Source of the DNA: an uncultured Candidatus Saccharibacteria bacterium
GTDB taxonomy: Bacteria > Patescibacteriota > Saccharimonadia > Saccharimonadales > CAZNVG01
DNA length: 64,000 bases
Assembly: GCA_964440975.1 (NCBI GenBank)
Contig: CAYYKI010000001.1
Location: 2,591 to 66,590, forward strand
Reading direction: 5' to 3'
The position numbers and the translations under genes were made by a program. Positions 60,375 through 64,000 of this stretch are shown piece after piece. The notes beneath the pieces are model-generated. The model saw only the letters and a program-made list of their open reading frames with translations. It was not told where the DNA came from and ran no database searches. The first letter of the stretch is position 1, and every line of letters starts with the position of its first letter.

Positions 60375-61124
60375 ATGAAACACAACTCTATTCTAAGTTT
60401 AGCTCACCAAGCCACTCGTGTGGCTGTGCTGCTGTTGGCACTTGCTGCACTGCTAGGGCAAGCTACCCCTGCGCGCGCCCAAAGTCCCGACTCCATCGAC
60501 CGTGATGTCTCGCCCGATTTTGCAGCAACGTGTTATCAGCAGAAAGGCACCTTTAAGTATGACAACCCAGATACTCCCACCGACGAGAATATGACGCTTA
60601 AAAAATATGAAGAGATTAACTGTGCAGATTTGCAGTCAGTTGACGGAGGTAAAGATTACCAAGCAGCAACGGCTTGCTACGAGCTCGTCACAACAAGTGA
60701 AGGTGGTCGCCAAGCAAAAACCGTGCTGGTTGCAAATTGCAACGAAATCCGTTTTTTGCGCGCCCTGGAGCAAAACAATGGCGCCACCGAAGAAGATCCT
60801 GATGGCGGCGGCGGTGGAGGCTCAGAAACCACACCAAAATCACCCCGTAACTTTGGCAACTTGGAGTCAAATGACTTACCCGTGCAGGACCAGCCGTTTT
60901 TTAAGGACTACCTCATCCCCATTGTTAATATTCTTTCGGGTGGTGTTGTAGCGCTGGCAGCGGTCTTTATGGTTGTGGCTGGAGTGCAATATTCGACCGG
61001 TCGCGACAACCCGCAAATGGTTGCTGCGGCTAAGGCGCGTATCGTTAATGTACTGATTGGCTTGCTCGCCTACCTATTCATCTATGGCTTCTTGCAGTGG
61101 ATTATTCCAGGGGGCGCACTGTAA
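60375..61124 (+). CDS. VirB2/TrbC-like pilin paralog 1 (large N-terminal domain)
   Basis: Signal peptide, ~150-aa head, then the conserved C-terminal two-helix hairpin ...GVVALAAVFMVVAGVQYSTGRDNPQMVAAAKARIVNVLIGLLAYLF. Confidence 0.5.
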   Translation: MKHNSILSLAHQATRVAVLLLALAALLGQATPARAQSPDSIDRDVSPDFAATCYQQKGTFKYDNPDTPTDENMTLKKYEEINCADLQSVDGGKDYQAATACYELVTTSEGGRQAKTVLVANCNEIRFLRALEQNNGATEEDPDGGGGGGSETTPKSPRNFGNLESNDLPVQDQPFFKDYLIPIVNILSGGVVALAAVFMVVAGVQYSTGRDNPQMVAAAKARIVNVLIGLLAYLFIYGFLQWIIPGGAL

Positions 61125-61525
61125 TGTTTAGCTATGTAGCAGTGACCGTGAGCCAGTGGGGCTTTCAGCTAGCACAACTTGCCGGAACCTGCGATAAAAA
61201 CCGCACCTTTTTGGGGCTCAAGCCGTGGTATCACTACGCAAACTTTGACGCCAGCTGCGCCTACCTGCCAGCTAATGGCAGCGGGTTTACCGGTGCTGAT
61301 GTTTGGCCGATATTAGCGGTTGTATTCGAAGATTTGTTAGTGATTGCCGCGTATGTGGCGATAGCTTATGTGCTGGTGGGCTCTTTTCAGATGATGACCG
61401 CACAGGGCGAGCCAGATAAGTTCAAGTCTGCACGTGGTACGGTAATCAATGCCCTGATCGGCTTGGTGATTGCAGTAATTGGCGGCCGATTGGTCGGTTT
61501 CCTCTTTAACGGAGTCTTTAAATGA
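61124..61525 (+). CDS. VirB2/TrbC-like pilin paralog 2
   Basis: Start overlaps the previous stop (TAATG). C-terminal hairpin LVIAAYVAIAYVLVGSFQMMTAQGEPDKFKSARGTVINALIGLVIAVIGG. Confidence 0.5.
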   Translation: MFSYVAVTVSQWGFQLAQLAGTCDKNRTFLGLKPWYHYANFDASCAYLPANGSGFTGADVWPILAVVFEDLLVIAAYVAIAYVLVGSFQMMTAQGEPDKFKSARGTVINALIGLVIAVIGGRLVGFLFNGVFK

Positions 61526-61824
61526 TTAGTCAGCTATATTTGTTCTTTGGCCAAACGTGCAACAACCCGTATGGCATTGTTATTCCCTGCCGCGATACTT
61601 CAAGCAATCCAATCGAAACAGCCATTAAGCTGGCGATTGCTGTTGCAGCTGGAGTAAGTATCTTATTTGTCACCATCGGCGCCTTTCGGTACGTCATAAG
61701 TGCCGGAGATCCAGGTAATATTTCGAAAGCCAAAAACACCATCATTTATGCGCTCGTTGGACTTGTTGTTTCAGTGACAGTGTATGGACTGGTAACCTTT
61801 GTAATTGATCGGGCGGCTGGATAA
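61522..61824 (+). CDS. VirB2/TrbC-like pilin paralog 3
   Basis: ATGA overlap with the previous gene. IAVAAGVSILFVTIGAFRYVISAGDPGNISKAKNTIIYALVGLVVSVTVYG. Confidence 0.55.
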   Translation: MISQLYLFFGQTCNNPYGIVIPCRDTSSNPIETAIKLAIAVAAGVSILFVTIGAFRYVISAGDPGNISKAKNTIIYALVGLVVSVTVYGLVTFVIDRAAG

Positions 61825-61825
61825 T

Positions 61826-62260
61826 ATGAAGCGACGATTAGTACAACTCGCGTTGGCAATTGTAGCTGTACTTTCGATGGCCTCTGTTTCGCCGGTGCAC
61901 GTAGATGCCCTTGACTGTTCAAAAGACCCTGATCGGGGATCGGCTGCCTGTAATCCAGAAAACCAGAACAACCCCTGCGTTAACCCCGAAGTTGCCAAGA
62001 GCGCATTGTGCGAAAGTACGCGCAACAACCAGGATCCTATTAATGGTCCCGACGGCATACTGACCCGCGCGGTTGAATTGATGTCATATTTAGTTGGTAT
62101 CGCCTCTATAGTTGTTGTAATCGTTGGTGCCATTAGGTTCACCACTTCTTCCGGCGACGCCAATGGTATTTCGGCAGCAAAAAAGATGATAGTTTACGCA
62201 TTAATCGGTATTGTAGTTGCTATATTCGCCCAAGCTCTGGTAATTTTGGTATTGAAATGA
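61826..62260 (+). CDS. VirB2/TrbC-like pilin paralog 4 (Cys-rich variable head)
   Basis: Signal peptide MKRRLVQLALAIVAVLSMASVSPVHVDA, a head with 4 Cys, and hairpin LVGIASIVVVIVGAIRFTTSSGDANGISAAKKMIVYALIGIVVAIFAQALV. Confidence 0.55.
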   Translation: MKRRLVQLALAIVAVLSMASVSPVHVDALDCSKDPDRGSAACNPENQNNPCVNPEVAKSALCESTRNNQDPINGPDGILTRAVELMSYLVGIASIVVVIVGAIRFTTSSGDANGISAAKKMIVYALIGIVVAIFAQALVILVLK

Positions 62261-62655
62261 TGAAAAAACTCAGTCTACTCGTTCTCCCCATTGCTGCCAT
62301 GTTTAGTTTGTTGGCTGCGCCTGTAATTGCCACAGCGCAATCTAAAACTGCCGCGCAAATCGCCTGCGAATCAGCTGGTGGTAGCTGGAGTGGCAGCGGT
62401 TGTGTAAAAAGCAATCCGGCCGAAAAAGGTGTAGACGACACGGTGCGCGCCGCCGTCAGCATCTTGTCGTACATCGCTGGTGTCGCTTCTATAGTTATGG
62501 TTATCGTTGGTGGAATCAAGTATGTCGTATCAAGCGGTGATTCTAATGCGGTCGGTAGCGCCAAGAATACCATCACCTATGCCTTGGTCGGTTTAGTGAT
62601 CGCTATTATGGCACAAGCTATGGTGCGATTTGTGTTTACGAAGTCAACGAGTTAG
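62257..62655 (+). CDS. VirB2/TrbC-like pilin paralog 5
   Basis: ATGA overlap. Signal peptide, 2-Cys head (ACESAGGSWSGSGC), hairpin IAGVASIVMVIVGGIKYVVSSGDSNAVGSAKNTITYALVGLVIAIMAQAMVRFV. Confidence 0.6.
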   Translation: MMKKLSLLVLPIAAMFSLLAAPVIATAQSKTAAQIACESAGGSWSGSGCVKSNPAEKGVDDTVRAAVSILSYIAGVASIVMVIVGGIKYVVSSGDSNAVGSAKNTITYALVGLVIAIMAQAMVRFVFTKSTS

Positions 62656-62722
62656 CCTTGCATAGCTGGGGTCAAACTGCTAGCATACAAAAGATAAGAT
62701 AGTTACTAAACAGGAAAACAAC

Positions 62723-63136
62723 ATGATACAACGCATAAAGTTATTAATCGTTAGCTTGGGTGCTGTTTTTGCCGTAGCGGCACCAGCAGTAGCAGTTTCG
62801 GCGCAGACTGGCGTTACTGAACCAAACGTCGCGTGTGGAATTGAACTTAAGGGTACCAATTGTGGTACAAGTGTTAATCCAGACGAAGGTGAGAACCGCG
62901 TTGTTAACATTATCAAAACTATCATCAACGTTCTCTCGTTGATTGTTGGTGCGATTTGTATCATCATGATTGTCTTCGGCGGCTTTAAGTACATGACATC
63001 AGGTGGTGAGTCGGCCGGTGTGAGTGGTGCAAAGAATACTATTCTGTACGCTGTTGTCGGCTTGGTAGTCGTATTGCTAGCGCAGGCGATTGTCCGCTTT
63101 GTGTTCACCCGAACAACCACCAACCCTACTCCGTAA
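62723..63136 (+). CDS. VirB2/TrbC-like pilin paralog 6
   Basis: Signal peptide, 2-Cys head (VACGIELKGTNCGTS), hairpin LIVGAICIIMIVFGGFKYMTSGGESAGVSGAKNTILYAVVGLVVVLLAQAIVRFV. Confidence 0.6.
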   Translation: MIQRIKLLIVSLGAVFAVAAPAVAVSAQTGVTEPNVACGIELKGTNCGTSVNPDEGENRVVNIIKTIINVLSLIVGAICIIMIVFGGFKYMTSGGESAGVSGAKNTILYAVVGLVVVLLAQAIVRFVFTRTTTNPTP

Positions 63137-63156
63137 GTACCGCACGAACGAAAACT

Positions 63157-63186
63157 ACAGCCGGCCCGCAGCCGGCTGTTTTTATT
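63157..63186 (+). terminator. rho-independent terminator after pilin paralog 6
   Basis: Perfect 9-bp stem ACAGCCGGC / GCCGGCTGT with a 5-nt loop, followed by TTTTTATT. Confidence 0.5.
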
Positions 63187-63221
63187 ACCCCCGTTGCTAA
63201 CCAGTTGCTACCAGTGGTAAA

Positions 63222-63677
63222 ATGCCAAGTATGAGACACCGCATCAACCTACTGGTCCTAGCTTTATTAACTCCGCTGATTTCCGTTGTCGCTGCCCTAT
63301 CGGTTCAGCCGCAAATGGTATCTGCGCAAGATTCTAGTGTTACTCTGCCCGACAATAGCACCAGCGTGACCCAAGGCCCGGTTGCCTGTGGTATTGAGCT
63401 TACTACCGGTACTAACTGTGCGGTTGATGGCACAAAGGGCGAAAGTAAGGTACTTGGGATCATCAAGCAGGTTATAAATGTTACTTCCCTGCTGGTAGGC
63501 GCTATTTGTGTGATTATGATTATATTTGGTGGCTTTAGGTATATGGTTTCAGGGGGCGACTCTTCTGGAGTATCAAACGCCAAGAACACCATTCTATACG
63601 CCGTTGTTGGTTTGATCATCGTGTTGCTTGCGCAAGCACTGGTTCGCTTCGTGTTCTCGCGTGCGACGGCAGCCTAG
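63222..63677 (+). CDS. VirB2/TrbC-like pilin paralog 7
   Basis: Signal peptide, 2-Cys head (VACGIELTTGTNCAVDG), hairpin LLVGAICVIMIIFGGFRYMVSGGDSSGVSNAKNTILYAVVGLIIVLLAQALVRFV; closest sibling of paralog 6. Confidence 0.6.
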   Translation: MPSMRHRINLLVLALLTPLISVVAALSVQPQMVSAQDSSVTLPDNSTSVTQGPVACGIELTTGTNCAVDGTKGESKVLGIIKQVINVTSLLVGAICVIMIIFGGFRYMVSGGDSSGVSNAKNTILYAVVGLIIVLLAQALVRFVFSRATAA

Positions 63678-63803
63678 CAAGAGACGATAGCAACATACGA
63701 ACTCATACTGCTTACTTTTGTGGCAGACGGGCGCCATGGGGTGCTAAAAAATGCGCACATAATGCTCTTTAAACGTTTTGTGGAGCTCGGCGGTTGCTAA
63801 TAC

Positions 63804-64000
63804 CTAGAGTACTTGAATCTTTTTGACGGTTTCTTGGACTTTCTTAAAGCCAATAGTGAGGACACCGTCTTTGAGTGTAGCTTCGATTTCGTCTTCTTTA
63901 ACCTGGACGGGTAACGTGATGCTTCGGGAGAATTCACCCCAGTAACATTCCTGAACGTAGTAGTTAACAGCTTCTGGGTCATCGCCACTATTGAGTGTTC
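63804..64000 (-). CDS. Hsp20/alpha-crystallin family small heat-shock protein, C-terminal part (gene runs off window end)
   Basis: Minus-strand frame ending at stop 63804-63806 reads ...YVQECYWGEFSRSITLPVQVKEDEIEATLKDGVLTIGFKKVQETVKKIQVL*, a typical Hsp20 C-terminal pattern. The ORF-track entry 63797-63988 is an overlapping wrong frame. Confidence 0.6.
   Translation of the reverse strand, partial: TLNSGDDPEAVNYYVQECYWGEFSRSITLPVQVKEDEIEATLKDGVLTIGFKKVQETVKKIQVL

Noticed and set aside
63797-63988. Minus-strand 63-aa ORF from the ORF track at the window end.
   Set aside because: A different frame on the same strand gives an Hsp20-type C-terminus (GEFSRSITLPVQVKEDEIEATLKDGVLTIGFKK) ending at 63804. 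The listed ORF is an overlapping wrong frame.

Overview
This window reads as the chromosomal replication-origin region of a small-genome bacterium with roughly 45-50% GC, flanked by three accessory-looking blocks. Its overall character fits a CPR/Saccharibacteria-like or other Gram-positive-type organism, but that cannot be verified from sequence alone. UGA functions as a stop codon, so the standard genetic code applies. (1) Origin core: rpmH, rnpA, an unknown 224-aa gene, yidC and jag on the minus strand; perfect DnaA boxes upstream of dnaA; then dnaA, a DnaA-box/AT-rich intergenic oriC, dnaN and recF. (2) Left edge, about 1-5.9 kb: a truncated P-loop kinase-like gene, a type IV prepilin-like gene, and a 1380-aa SNF2 helicase with a methyltransferase-like domain and five N-terminal HTH-like repeats. 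They abut a tRNA-Asn(GUU) gene that is split in its anticodon loop by a 558-bp group I intron carrying an HNH homing-endonuclease ORF; the P, Q, R and S core elements of the ribozyme are recognisable in the sequence. (3) About 6.4-37.5 kb: a large cell-surface glycan locus. It contains an initiating polyprenyl-phosphate sugar transferase, rfbB/rfbA, a DegT-type sugar aminotransferase, an ATP-grasp/HAD fusion and a SAM methyltransferase. It also has many GT2/GT4/WsaF-like glycosyltransferases, GtrA-like flippase-associated proteins, a Wzm/Wzt ABC exporter, an O-antigen-ligase-like protein, a CHAP amidase and a large secreted Asn/Tyr-rich protein. Embedded in this locus is a roughly 0.9-kb patch of about 70% GC with very high GC3, encoding a 264-aa protein whose codon usage looks actinobacterial. 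This is either a foreign insertion or an assembly chimera. (4) About 45-63.7 kb, immediately downstream of recF: a type IV secretion-like locus of the Gram-positive kind. The minus-strand operon encodes a VirB6-like 1018-aa polytopic protein, two unknowns, a possible VirB3-like membrane protein, a VirB4-family ATPase, a 1219-aa membrane-anchored protein with SGNH-hydrolase and LAS/M15-like peptidase domains, an M23 peptidase and a membrane-anchored beta-rich protein. Divergently on the plus strand sit seven tandem, partly translationally coupled VirB2/TrbC-like pilin paralogs with conserved C-terminal hairpins and variable Cys-containing N-terminal heads. No relaxase or VirD4 is visible in the window. 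The window ends inside an Hsp20-family gene.
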